Origin: Paramoeba atlantica
Taxonomy: Eukaryota; Protista; Discosea
Reading direction: 5' to 3'
DNA length: 64,000 nucleotides
NCBI GenBank assembly: GCA_977017575.1
Contig: CDRNVI010000029.1
Coordinates: 620,001-684,000 of the forward strand
Shown: positions 9,987 through 20,146 of the stretch, piece after piece
How positions within the stretch are numbered: the first letter of the stretch is position 1
Layout: each line of letters starts with the position of its first letter
The notes under the pieces: model-generated
What the model saw: the letters and a program-made list of their open reading frames with translations, nothing else
Told to the model about the DNA's origin: nothing
The model's database searches: none
Made by a program: the position numbers and the translations under genes

Positions 9987-11161
9987 TCACTTTCTTGTAT
10001 AAATTTTTTCCCCAGATATACCGTTCTTTTGGCTTGATTTTTCTCGACATGGTAGCTCGCATGTCCATTTTCGCCGACTCGGACAGAGTGAGTGCGCAGA
10101 TTCACATCCAATGGAACACATTAATCCTTTTAGTTGAGATATGGCCGCAGGGTCCATAACCTTGCTCGTAACTAAAGTTAGAGGTGCATTAAAATCTCCA
10201 ATAACCAACAAGGGGCGCTGTTTTGCTTTGTAATCTACTCCGCGACATGACCGAGTTACTTCGCCTATAAACTCCGTATGTGTGGCTTCAGAGGAGTCCC
10301 TCGTTGGGGCATAGACATTCAACAAAAGGCCTTTCCCATCTTCCAGCTGATAAGTGGCACCCATAATCCTCCCACTTACCTTCCAAACTCTCAAAAGAGC
10401 CCGCGAACTAATGATACGCATTCCATTGTAGGAATCCTGACCTGTGGCGGACTGCAAATATATGTGAAACTGTTGTCCTAAGTTGCAAATCTGCCTGTAG
10501 AGTACGCCATCCTCGTGGCCGTCTTCTGAAAACTTGTCTCCTGAAGGCACATAATGTCGATCCCCTTTTCTGTCATAAGGGAGAGAATCTTGCAAAAACG
10601 TGAAGAGCGAAGTATAGAAAATTCATCGTCTCCCTCCAGTTTGAGAGTCGTCACGTTTAGCGTACCAACCGTAGTATCTTTCTTCCCAGCGGAACATCTA
10701 GTGTTCTCCAATTCGCGATGGGCATGTATGCCACACGATGCCCGAGGTTTAGGGCGGTGACGCACAACCTTTCGAATTTTCTTAGCAGGATTGCTGAGCA
10801 GAGCAGCGCAGAGAACTACGCCAGCAGAAGGATAGGGGGGGAAGGGAAGAGTTGTATTCGTACGCTCCTCGTACCGAACACGAAGCAAGCCAGACATCGA
10901 ATCACTCCTCATCAACGCCCATCGCACTTCTTCAACTTTTCCCTTCCAAAGCAAAAATCTCGAGCAGGTTTCATGACGCCACACTACCCTAATCAACGCT
11001 CCAACCTTGGCCATTTTCAAAATTGCACGCACCGCCCTCTGGCGGAGTTTTGCGAATCCTTTCCCTGCTCGCGGACGGAAAAGGACTCCCCGAACACGCT
11101 TGGTTCGATAGAGAGTTTCAAGAAGCTCTGTCCCCTCTACCGCGCCGGAAGCATCCGCCAT
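9987..11161 (-). pseudogene. AP-endonuclease domain and N-terminus of the LINE (frameshifted)
   Basis: GTLNVTTL, DIMCLQET, LNVYAPT, VIGDFNAP motifs across two overlapping ORFs. Confidence 0.88.
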
Positions 11162-11630
11162 CTTTTTATAAAAGATTTATAAAAAGTGTGTAAAAAGTGT
11201 CTAAAAACTCAATAATATTAGTCGGCAGTGTATAATGCCTAAAATCAAATCAAAAAAAAATATGCATTATCAGTGTGCATTATGCAATATCAGTGTGCGA
11301 GTTTTGTGCGTTATCAGTGTGCGAGTGCCCACCCCTTATATCAAAGTGATGATTTTTGGAAAATTCTTTTAAAGTCTCATACTTCGCACCCTTCACAATC
11401 GATATCTGGACCCATACATCAACATACGCCCACTACTTTCTTCGGGGAAAGGCAAAACGGGGGCTTTTGCCTTCAGAAGTGGGCTTCGCTCACAGTTGGG
11501 CCTTGCTCGTAAAAGGGGGGCTTCTGTCTCCTGAAGTGGGCTACGCTCACAGTTAAAAAAATTATTTTTTCTCTAATTTTTTCTTCTGAGAAAAATATTT
11601 CTTTAGAAAGTTTTGCGCCCCCTTCGAAAA

Positions 11631-11702
11631 CTCCCCGACCGGGAATTGAACCCGGGTCACCCGCGTGACAGGCGGGTATACTTACCACTATACTATCGAG
11701 GA
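11631..11702 (-). tRNA. tRNA-Asp: tRNA-Asp(GTC)
   Basis: TCCTCGATAGTATAGTGGTAAGTATACCCGCCTGTCACGCGGGTGACCCGGGTTCAATTCCCGGTCGGGGAG; folds as a cloverleaf. Confidence 0.97.
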
Positions 11703-11760
11703 ACACGTCTGGAAGCCTGTGTACCAGATCGAACAACATGTTCGTTTCATTGTAGCAAAA

Positions 11761-11831
11761 TGCGTCGGCCGGGAATCGAACCCGGGTCACCCGCGTGGCA
11801 AGCGAGTATTCTACCACTAGACCACCGACGC
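11761..11831 (-). tRNA. tRNA-Gly: tRNA-Gly(GCC)
   Basis: GCGTCGGTGGTCTAGTGGTAGAATACTCGCTTGCCACGCGGGTGACCCGGGTTCGATTCCCGGCCGACGCA. Confidence 0.97.
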
Positions 11832-11883
11832 GCAACCAGACGAACAGTGGGGCCTAGCAGGTTCAAAATAACATCCATTCAAA

Positions 11884-11954
11884 AGGGAAGACCGGGAATC
11901 GAACCCGGGTTATTAGAGCCACAATCTAACGTTCTGCCCCTAAACTATCTTCCC
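11884..11954 (-). tRNA. tRNA-His: tRNA-His(GTG)
   Basis: GGGAAGATAGTTTAGGGGCAGAACGTTAGATTGTGGCTCTAATAACCCGGGTTCGATTCCCGGTCTTCCCT; anticodon arm TTAGA-TTGTGGC-TCTAA. Confidence 0.95.
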
Positions 11955-12011
11955 CCGGGTTGCGAGGAGCGCACCACAGGTAGCAAGTTCGGGTTGGAAA
12001 AATCACTAAAA

Positions 12012-12083
12012 TGACCGCAGCAGGACTCGAACCTGCAACCCTCAGATCCGAAGTCTGATGCGCTACCATTGCGCCATGCGGCC
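12012..12083 (-). tRNA. tRNA-Arg: tRNA-Arg(TCG)
   Basis: GGCCGCATGGCGCAATGGTAGCGCATCAGACTTCGGATCTGAGGGTTGCAGGTTCGAGTCCTGCTGCGGTCA. Confidence 0.96.
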
Positions 12084-12174
12084 ACGTGCAAGCCATGTCA
12101 TGTTACTTTGAAAGAGCTTGTAAGGGAAAACAAATTAAAACATTTCCTTGTGCATCCTGGGAACTCACTACAGC

Positions 12175-12277
12175 GCTCGCCCTCTGCGGCACCCAAACAA
12201 TCGAAGTGATACAGAGAAGATTAGCATGGTCCCTGCACAAGGACGACTAACTAATCGAGAACGGTATCCCCTTTTTT
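12175..12277 (+). ncRNA. U6: U6 snRNA
   Basis: ACAGAGA box at 12211, then AGATTAGCATGGTCCCTGCACAAGGACGAC (AGC triad and ISL), ending in a T6 Pol III terminator. 5' end is approximate. Confidence 0.93.
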
Positions 12278-12353
12278 CAGTGAGCTTGTGAGACTCAAAA
12301 TCTCAGGTTACATAATTTTTTACCAAAGAAGGCTCTGCCACGGCTCGTTCTTT

Positions 12354-12977
12354 TTACTGCGCACTTTCTAGACGAAAGTCCGAGTGAATTGCTGCCACAT
12401 CCAGCACGATTTCACGCGCCATCTCAGCAATCGAGCTTTTGCACTTTATTTGTTTAATACCTTTAATTTTACACGTCCCCATCTTGGGATGATAGTATCT
12501 CGTATTTCGGTGCACAACTCGGTATCGGTTTGTTTTATTTTGAATTCTTCCGCAGAGGTCTCCAGCGTCAAAGAGTGACTCTACAAGAAGCAACTCGTTC
12601 GTAGATAGCATATCGTGACTGATAAAGTCTTCGAAGCGACAATTGTCAATAGAAGCTGGCTGTTCCTCAGAAATAGTAGAAGAATTGCTCACATCACAAT
12701 TTGTGACGTCTACAGGTTGCTTTACACGACATCGAATGGCAGTTTCAGCCTCAACAAGTTCAGGCTTCAGTCTTGAGCGAAGATCGGAGTGCACAAAGCC
12801 TACTGAGCTAAATATGCACTCGCAGGCTGCTTCAGAAGTAACTGCGACCGACAATTTTCGAGCAACGTGTGACAGAAGGGGAAACGTATGTCGGGTCACA
12901 AGATCCGACCAAAATGATTGAAAAAAGCTTCTGTCGTTATATAGACGGATAGTTTCTACTTCATCGATGGTCACCAC
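12354..12977 (-). pseudogene. hAT transposase C-terminal dimerisation domain remnant
   Basis: FPLLSHVARKLSVAVTSEAACECIFSSVGFVHSDLRSRLKPELVE fits the hAT dimerisation consensus. Confidence 0.8.
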
Positions 12978-13084
12978 AACACCATTTATTCACCTCATCG
13001 ATCACTTTGTATTCGGAGTTGCCGCTTACGTCGCCTGACAATGAGCACAAAAGGGGGAGACAAATCTCCCGTAGGTTTCGGATA

Positions 13085-14043
13085 CTGTCACCCCCCCCCC
13101 CTTTATACTTCAGGGGGGTCAACCCCCCTTTATACTTCCGGTTTCAATCAGCACCCAAAAATCCGCGAAGCGGCGCATTTTTTTAAATTTATAACAATTT
13201 TGTACATTTTTTTTATTAAACGTTAGAGATGTGTGTAGAGATATTGCTAGATATACATTTAAATTATTTGCCGTATTTTTTCCCATGTCAATACTCACAG
13301 TGGGTTAAGCTTTATCCCCCTCTTCATCGCGTTTGGCCTCCCAACGAAATAATGGTTTCAAGCGCGGAGCCTGCGACATTACCAGTGTCCGTCGGTTCAC
13401 CCCAGGGAGGAAAGAACCCAACAATGTAGGAGAAGTTGAATGTGCGTCATTCGAGTAGCAGTGCTCCACAAATCAGCGAGAAGTACGGCGTCTGATCTCG
13501 AACCATCCGCTCCATCCGAAAAAATGGTGTCGGATTTTTCCAGAAAAAAGTAAATCTATCGTAGTCGCAAGCGCGATGGGGTTTGCACAAGGACAAACAT
13601 GTCGAGCTGCTAAAAAAATGACGAACTCCTCCTTAGCGAACTGGGCGGGATGACAGCCAGCGCGGACATGCGCCTGCTGCAGCAAAGGCGAATGTACCTC
13701 GTTTCAAAGACTGTCCCATGAAGCTTCTAATGGTAGATCGTCCCGACACGTATTCACTACAGCGTAATATACAGCGTATGTTGATTGTGTGCAAGAGGAA
13801 CACGGAAGCAAACATTATGCCCTGCATGTTTGGAGATTAGATGATTGATTTTTAGCTAGAATAATAGGAAACCAGCGCCGCGAAGCGGCGCATATCTTTT
13901 TTGCCCCTTTTTCAAAAATATTTGTTTCGTGGATTTTTCAAAAAATCAGACCCCCCCCCCTTTATACTTCCGAAAGTCAGACCCCCCCCTTTATACTTCC
14001 AAAAGTACCGAAACCGGCGGAAGTATAAAGGGCGGGGTGACAG
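13085..14043. mobile_element. TA-flanked MITE (Tc1/mariner-type)
   Basis: ta|ctgtcacccc...ctttatacttc at the left end and gaagtataaagggcggggtgacag|ta at the right end. Confidence 0.7.
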
Positions 14044-14307
14044 TATTTCGAATGTGCATTGACGACCACTCTATCAGCGGAGATAGCATTCCTATAATCA
14101 CGTGCTCTACCCGCAAAACACGAATCAAGCGGTCATATAAAATGAGTCGGTGGGATGGCTTAGCCTGACTTTGAACTGCTAGCCACATGCGGAGTCCTGC
14201 AGCAACTGAACAATGGTCAAGCTCCATAATGCGACCAATTGCGCGGTAAGGCTTGAAAAGGTCCAACAATTCCTTCAGCTCACCCTTTTTGGCGTGCTCA
14301 TCGGTGG

Positions 14308-14437
14308 AAGTATAGGAATATTGCATAAGTATAGGAATATTGCATAAGTATAGGAATATTGCATAAGTATAGGAATATTGCATAAGTATAGGAATATTGC
14401 ATAAGTATAGGAATACTGCATAAGTACAGGAATATTG
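14308..14437. repeat. 19-bp minisatellite (aagtataggaatattgcat)n
   Basis: About 6-7 units; further arrays at ~15553-15655 and 15963-16133. Confidence 0.92.
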
Positions 14438-15962
14438 GGTGGAAGTCAAGGACTTTTGCATAAGTCAAGGACTTTTGCATAAGTCAAGGACTTTTGTGGA
14501 ACACCAAAGATTTCTTTTTGATTTTCATTTTCCGTGCGTTCAGTGTCCTACACTTCACTACATACATTGACAACGCGTGCGTAGCGAAAACTACGAAATT
14601 CGGTGAGCTTCGCAAATTGCTTCCCACTAACGACGCACAGGGGAATCCTACGCGGGATACGGCTCAGGCCCGCTCACGCGGGCCCTCGCCGTTTCGCGGC
14701 CGCGCGCATCCCCGCTCACGCGGGGGCGCCCGCGCGGCCAAAATGGGTACTAAAATTTGTTATCAAGGTAGTTGGGCTTCGCAAATTGCTTCCCACGAAT
14801 GGGTACTAAAATTTGTTATCAAGGTAGTTGGGCTTCGCAAATTGCTTCCCACGAATCTAGAGAGAAGCACAGGTACAATAATTGCACGATTTTTGCTTCC
14901 GTTTGTAAGTCAAGGACTTTTGCATAAGTCAAGGACTTTTGTGGAACACCCAAGATTTTTTTTGATTTTCATTTTCCATGCGCTAAGCAAGCCCGGTCCG
15001 TGAGCTAGCTTATGAGTATATATAATAGTAGCGTAGCTCGCAAAGTAGTTTTTGGCAATATACTTTTTGAAGAATCTGCATGCCTGCATAAGGGGTGACC
15101 CTCGTAAAATGGGCGAAAACGGCGAAACACGACCATTTTTCACGAAATTGTCCAAAAATGGTCATTTTTTGCGATTTTCAAAGGGTTACCCCTTATATGA
15201 ACACCGCTCATTCAAAGTTTTGTGAGCACACACGAACAGCTTAAGACCTGAAGAAGGCCTTATGTGATTCCTTTTCAACATTACGCAGTGTACAGAGATA
15301 TCGTAAGGTCAACATCGCCGAAAAAAGTATTTTTTTGTTATTATTTGTTAAAGTTATTTTTTTATTTATTGTTGCCTTCAAATATTCTCCCCAGGACCTA
15401 AACCAGGGGGTAATTCGGTAGTATAATGACAGATCTGTATGATGGTGCTATACATGAGTCGCAATGGACCAACTCATATAAAGGGGGTCCCTGCTAAAAA
15501 TTGACTTCTGCAAAAGTCCTTGACTTATGCAAAAGTCCTTTACTTTGACCGGAATATTGCATAAGTGTAGGAATATTGCATAAGTATGCGAATATTGCAT
15601 AAGTATAGGAAAATTGCATAAGTATGCGAATATTGCATAAGTATAGGAATATTTCATAGAAAGGTAAACAAGGTGACAATGCATAGGAAAATAAATACAC
15701 AAGCCGCCCGCACAGACTCATGGGCCCGGCCGGCCCCTCCGTGCGTTCGGCCTCTCATTTCCCCCAAAACAACTACCACCTTCCCCCCATTTATCAGGGG
15801 TCGCTGGCGTGACCCCCGCTAAATAGGGGGGGAAGGTAGTAGTTGTCGGGTATGGAGGAGTCTCGCAACTCCGGGGCCTCACCGGGAGCAAAGGTGAGCT
15901 CCCATAGCACCCCGCACCAACTTTTGGCAAAAGTGGAAATCCGTGCCTAAAACTTTAGGTGG

Positions 15963-16133
15963 AAGTATAGGAATATTGCATAAGTATAGGAATATTGCAT
16001 AAGTATAGGAATATTGCATAAGTATAGGAATATTGCATAAGTATAGGAATATTGCACAAGTATAGGAATATTGCACAAGTATAGGAATATTGCATAAGTA
16101 TAGGAATATTGCAGAAGTATAGGAATATTGCAT
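15963..16133. repeat. 19-bp minisatellite (aagtataggaatattgcat)n
   Basis: About 9 units; same family as the 14308 array and preceded by the same ggtggaag. Confidence 0.92.
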
Positions 16134-16575
16134 AGCCGTCTAATCATGTCACAAAATACTGTGAATTGGTTTAGTATAGGTTTAGTTTTTGGGTATCACA
16201 CTTTCACGTGACTCAGTGGCCCGGCCGGCCCCTCCGTGCGTTCGGCCTCTCATTTCCCCCAAAACAACTACCACCTTCCCCCCCTATTTAGGGGTATGGA
16301 GGCCTCTCGCAACTCCGGGGCCTCACCGGGAGCAAAGGTGAATTTATTCGGTACCTCGGCCGACCATCTTTACGTGCTATTTACGGTTCTGTTGTGCAGA
16401 CGGGTAAACAAGATCTAGGTTTAGTTTTCTCTTGAGATAGTTTCTTTTTGATAGAATCTCTGTACTCCGATATCGCACGCTTGTCACAGCCATCACCTTT
16501 GTGAAATTCACACAGGCAATCCGGTCTGCTTTTCCACTCAAGGACCACAGAATCATCTGCATCAAGCGTTTCTAC

Positions 16576-17529
16576 CAGGGGTCCGAAAAACTTCAAAAAC
16601 TATAAATATAGTACTTTATAGTACTATATTTTTTTTCATGCTATATATTGAAAAACTATATTTTTCACCTAGAGTTTTCGACAATTGAAGAGTGACAGAT
16701 AACATTTTAAAATATTTTCTGTGTAATAAAGTATTCCTTAGTGATTTATTGCCTCAAATATAAATTTTGTTTTGTCTATAGAGTTTTGTCTATAGAGAGC
16801 TTCATATCGGCGTTTGACGGCTCGGCCGTTCAACAGAGGTTTGTTGACTGATCGAGGGTCGTGTAGCACGAACGTTTGGGGTTGGAGGTGAGATCAGGTG
16901 GCATATGGGCCATAAGGTATTTCAGAAACCAAAGTCCCTGTAGTTATTGTCATGTCGCGTACCTATGTATGTCACCAGTATTTTCTCGTGGCGCTACATC
17001 TGCCAGCACTATTTCATTCCCTCAAGAATAATTCGTTGTGTTAATTCGCTTATTATTATGCCAATGCCATAAGAAGAGTTAAAACCCTTATCCAAACTAC
17101 GGCTTACCACATTATTATCAGATGCAATAGTAACTAAAGTTGGGTTCAAATCCATCGAGTTGTTTACTTCCAGTTCTAAGGCCAACGCTTCAGCGACGTC
17201 GATTCCGTGATTTTCCCATATTGCGTATTCTAACTAGTTCATAATATTCGGACGTGCAACGGATATTTGCCAAGCTGCAACCCGTTTTGGTGTGCATCCA
17301 CAGCAGAGAAGATAGGCTTTTGAAAAAAATGTCTGACATAACCCTCTTGACCTTTGATCATTCCCTGCCATAGACCACCTGACGAGCGAAGTACCAGTCC
17401 GAAGGCCGAAAATGGTCGCCTATTTATTTATAGTTTTTGAAGTTTTTGAAGCACTTGTAGCATCAATATAGTACTATATTTTTTTTTTTTGCTATAAATA
17501 AAACTTGAAAAGTTTTATTCGGACCCCTG
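16576..17529. mobile_element. Non-autonomous hAT element with 8-bp TSD
   Basis: Termini caggggtccgaa / ttcggacccctg, flanked on both sides by GTTTCTAC (nTnnnnAn, as typical of hAT). Confidence 0.85.
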
Positions 17530-17533
17530 GTTT

Positions 17534-18316
17534 CTACAGAGTCGTGGTAGAGTTGAATTCGCGATGCTGCCAATGCAAACATTCGGAATTCCAAAGCAGC
17601 CCATAAGCTGATTTCACAAATCGCCTACTATGTTGATTGTAGTGCATGATTTTATGATGATCCAACCTGCCAAAAAATCTCTCATTTCTGTTTCGGTTTC
17701 GGCGGAACTCCAAATCAAAGTTTTCATCGACAGTAGTGCCCTTTTCCTGACACAGACAATGTCGTACACTATGATAAGCTTTGTCCGCAATCAGAATTTC
17801 GTCAACTTTGTGGGTGAAGCCAGGAACTCCGTGATCTGACAAGCACTCACTATCATGCGTGCGCCCTTCAAAAGGCCCATTCCACGTTAGAGGATATCCA
17901 TCCAACATGACAAAAACCTGAAAAGTCCAATATTTCGTAGAGAGCTTGCCATTGTACAGTTCCTTAGGCCCTCTACTGTACATTGGAACCCCGTCTACGA
18001 TGCAAGTGCACATAAAAAAAATTGCGCTCCCGCACGCAAAAGCTTCTGTTCATATCAGTATATTACCCACCTTACTGTTCACATTGAGAACAGGGGTTAC
18101 ATAACTCTTGTTTAACCATGTACCTGATATGAGATTATCCCCCGAGTAGGGATATAATACAGCAGCGGCCCGTTCCCATGTAAGGTTTAAATGTACTAGC
18201 ATCATTGAACAAAAGACCTGAAGATTCGTGCATGCAATACGTTGGGCGAGTAAAGAAATCACCTCTTCGTCGTACCCAGTAAAGGCATGACACACTTTCC
18301 GCCACGATAGTGTCAT
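17534..18316 (-). pseudogene. IS5/ISL2EU/Harbinger-type (DDE_Tnp_4-like) transposase remnant
   Basis: CIVDG, GPFEGRTHD, LIADKAY and RNRNERFFGRL motifs; the hAT element is inserted at its 3' end. Confidence 0.75.
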
Positions 18317-18494
18317 ATAAAAGATCGATGAAAAGCTTAAGAACGTAAAAAAAAGTTTAACAAATGCATTGAAAGATTCAAACTAATAAAAAAGGTAATG
18401 ATTTATACAGAAAGAAAGAATAAAACAAACGATTTAAAAGAATGATATCACAAGAATTTAACACGCTTTCCTACATTAACTTAACGCGCTTTGC

Positions 18495-18764
18495 TTACTT
18501 GGGTTCCAATCCAGTAACATCGTACGCGGTGCAGGTTACGTGGTGAGCGATCCGACGTTCACTCTCCAAATGCCTACTTTGAACATCCTCGCGACAAACC
18601 ACAAAACTTTGCGACTTTCCTTCTAAAGCAGAAACCCTTTTTAGTAAATCTTCTTGGCTTTTTTCCAAAGCACTAATCTTTTCTTTGAAGTTTTCCACAG
18701 TTTCACGCAACACAGCTACATCTTCAAGCGCCTTGGAGCTATCAGATTGTGCAACAGACGCCAC
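18495..18764 (-). other. Short coiled-coil ORF just upstream of the IS5-like transposase
   Basis: Heptad pattern LRETVENFKEKISALEKSQEDLLKRVSALEGK; possibly an accessory ORF remnant. Confidence 0.3.
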
Positions 18765-19265
18765 GCGCTTGAGTTCGCCACTGCGTTGACGAAAAGGTTT
18801 AGATGCTTCAACTGACCCGCCACGCCGTCCTGAACCACTCTATCATGACTTCTCTTCCATGAGTAGAGTTTTCGTAGAGCCCCCCATAATACTTCTTGAG
18901 AAAGGCACCCATTGCACTTGCCAAAATTTCTGCAGGTAGCTCAGAAAACGATGACCTCTAGAGCCAGAAAACGATGACCTCTAGCGGGTCACTCCAACAC
19001 TCATGACACATAAATGCGAGTGGAACACTGACAATACTGAGAATCCGCAGGACAGAATCGCGAACTGAGAACCTGTGTCTCCCCTTCCGCAGGGTTGTCC
19101 AGAGGCAAGGCCCAACTCGCGCGACCCCCGCAAAATAGGGGGGGGGGTAGTTGTGGGGTACTGTAGAAGCCCACTTCTGGAGGCAAAAGCCCCCGTTTGC
19201 GAAGCAAAGCCCAACTGTGAGCGTAACCCAGGGACAGAATTATATTTTTTGGCGACCTTTTTTTA

Positions 19266-19330
19266 GGTAACTTATACAATTTGTGGTAACTTATACAGTT
19301 TATGGTAACTTATACAATTTATGGTAACTT
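19266..19330 (+). repeat. 19-bp tandem repeat x3.5 (ggtaacttatacaatttat)
   Basis: Units start at 19266, 19285, 19304 and 19323. Confidence 0.9.
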
Positions 19331-19339
19331 TCCCCCTTT

Positions 19340-19588
19340 TTCCTTAGTTAATCCTTTCGTTCCCCGGCAACGGGCATACTCAAACTGTATTTTTATGCCC
19401 GTTGCCGGGCGGCACTAAGGTCGGAACTGTCCCTCTTGTCGCTGAAGCAGGGGACGCGCCTTCACCCCTTCACCCCTCCCCGACTCACTCCCCTGGAGTG
19501 AGTGTGCTTCCCTCTCTCGGCTTTCTTAGACATGTTTTTTCTTCTCCGAGAGGGCCATGCGTCACGGTGACCTCCCTTGAGGACCACT
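19340..19588 (+). ncRNA. Structured non-coding segment homologous to the body of the SL-headed insertion
   Basis: Shared ggaactgtccctc, cacccctcccc and cctcccttgaggaccact blocks; stems are conserved through compensatory changes. Confidence 0.6.
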
Positions 19589-20146
19589 AGACGTGTCCTC
19601 CGCCGACGAGACTCTCGGCTCTCTGCATCTGGCGGTCGCCCAGCTCTCCGCACCTCGGCTCTGTCGCAGCTATCTGCACCCGGATTGCCCCCGAAACTGT
19701 AATGTAAAGGTTTTCTGTCCTTGGGCGGAAAACTATATTTCACACACAAGCGCAGAGGGCTGATCTCATAATACAAGATCGTGTATGATTATATGGTGAC
19801 AGATTAGTAATGCTATGATATACATGTAAGGTAGCGTGAGTACATACAGAATGAAAGTATGGTTGTTTTGGGGTTGGTGTGGAGGAGATCAAAAAAAGTG
19901 CAGGGGTGTCCTGGACCTCCTCCGGCGGGCATTACCGCCAGCAGGGTACCTGGAGTGAGCCGCACAGTACGGACGCATAGTTCCGCACCATTGGTTATTC
20001 ACTTGGTAATTCCTACTGCATTATCCCCTGTCTCAAACCTGTATCACATTATTCTCTACTCTCGTACAGGACGGACAAAGTTCACTATTTGATGCGCTCA
20101 GTATGTGCCTCTAAATGTACTCAGCAAATACATGTATGAGTTTTCT

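Larger units (their letters stand above)
6098..11161 (-). mobile_element. Decayed non-LTR retrotransposon, APE-RT-RNase H, with RTE-like thumb/C-terminal motifs
   Basis: APE motifs GTLNV/LQET, NVYAP, GDFNA, LDHILV. RT motifs NWRPICL, QFGFR, LDFAKAFPSV, GILQGDVLAP, YADD, YRYLG. RNase H motifs YIDGS, AEAE, HTDS, KSHNGNEYNDKAD. Broken by frameshifts, an in-frame TAG at 8277-8279 and a 616-bp insertion. Confidence 0.92.

Noticed and set aside
11162-11300. ingi/L1Tc 77-79-bp signature with HDV-like ribozyme at the LINE 5' end
   Set aside because: The region is AT-rich with no recognisable signature or nested pseudoknot.
14308-16133. 19-bp and 17-bp arrays as CRISPR or telomeric repeats
   Set aside because: They are spacer-less head-to-tail minisatellites; no TTAGGG array is present. 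Their C/I/Y-rich ORFs are translation artefacts.
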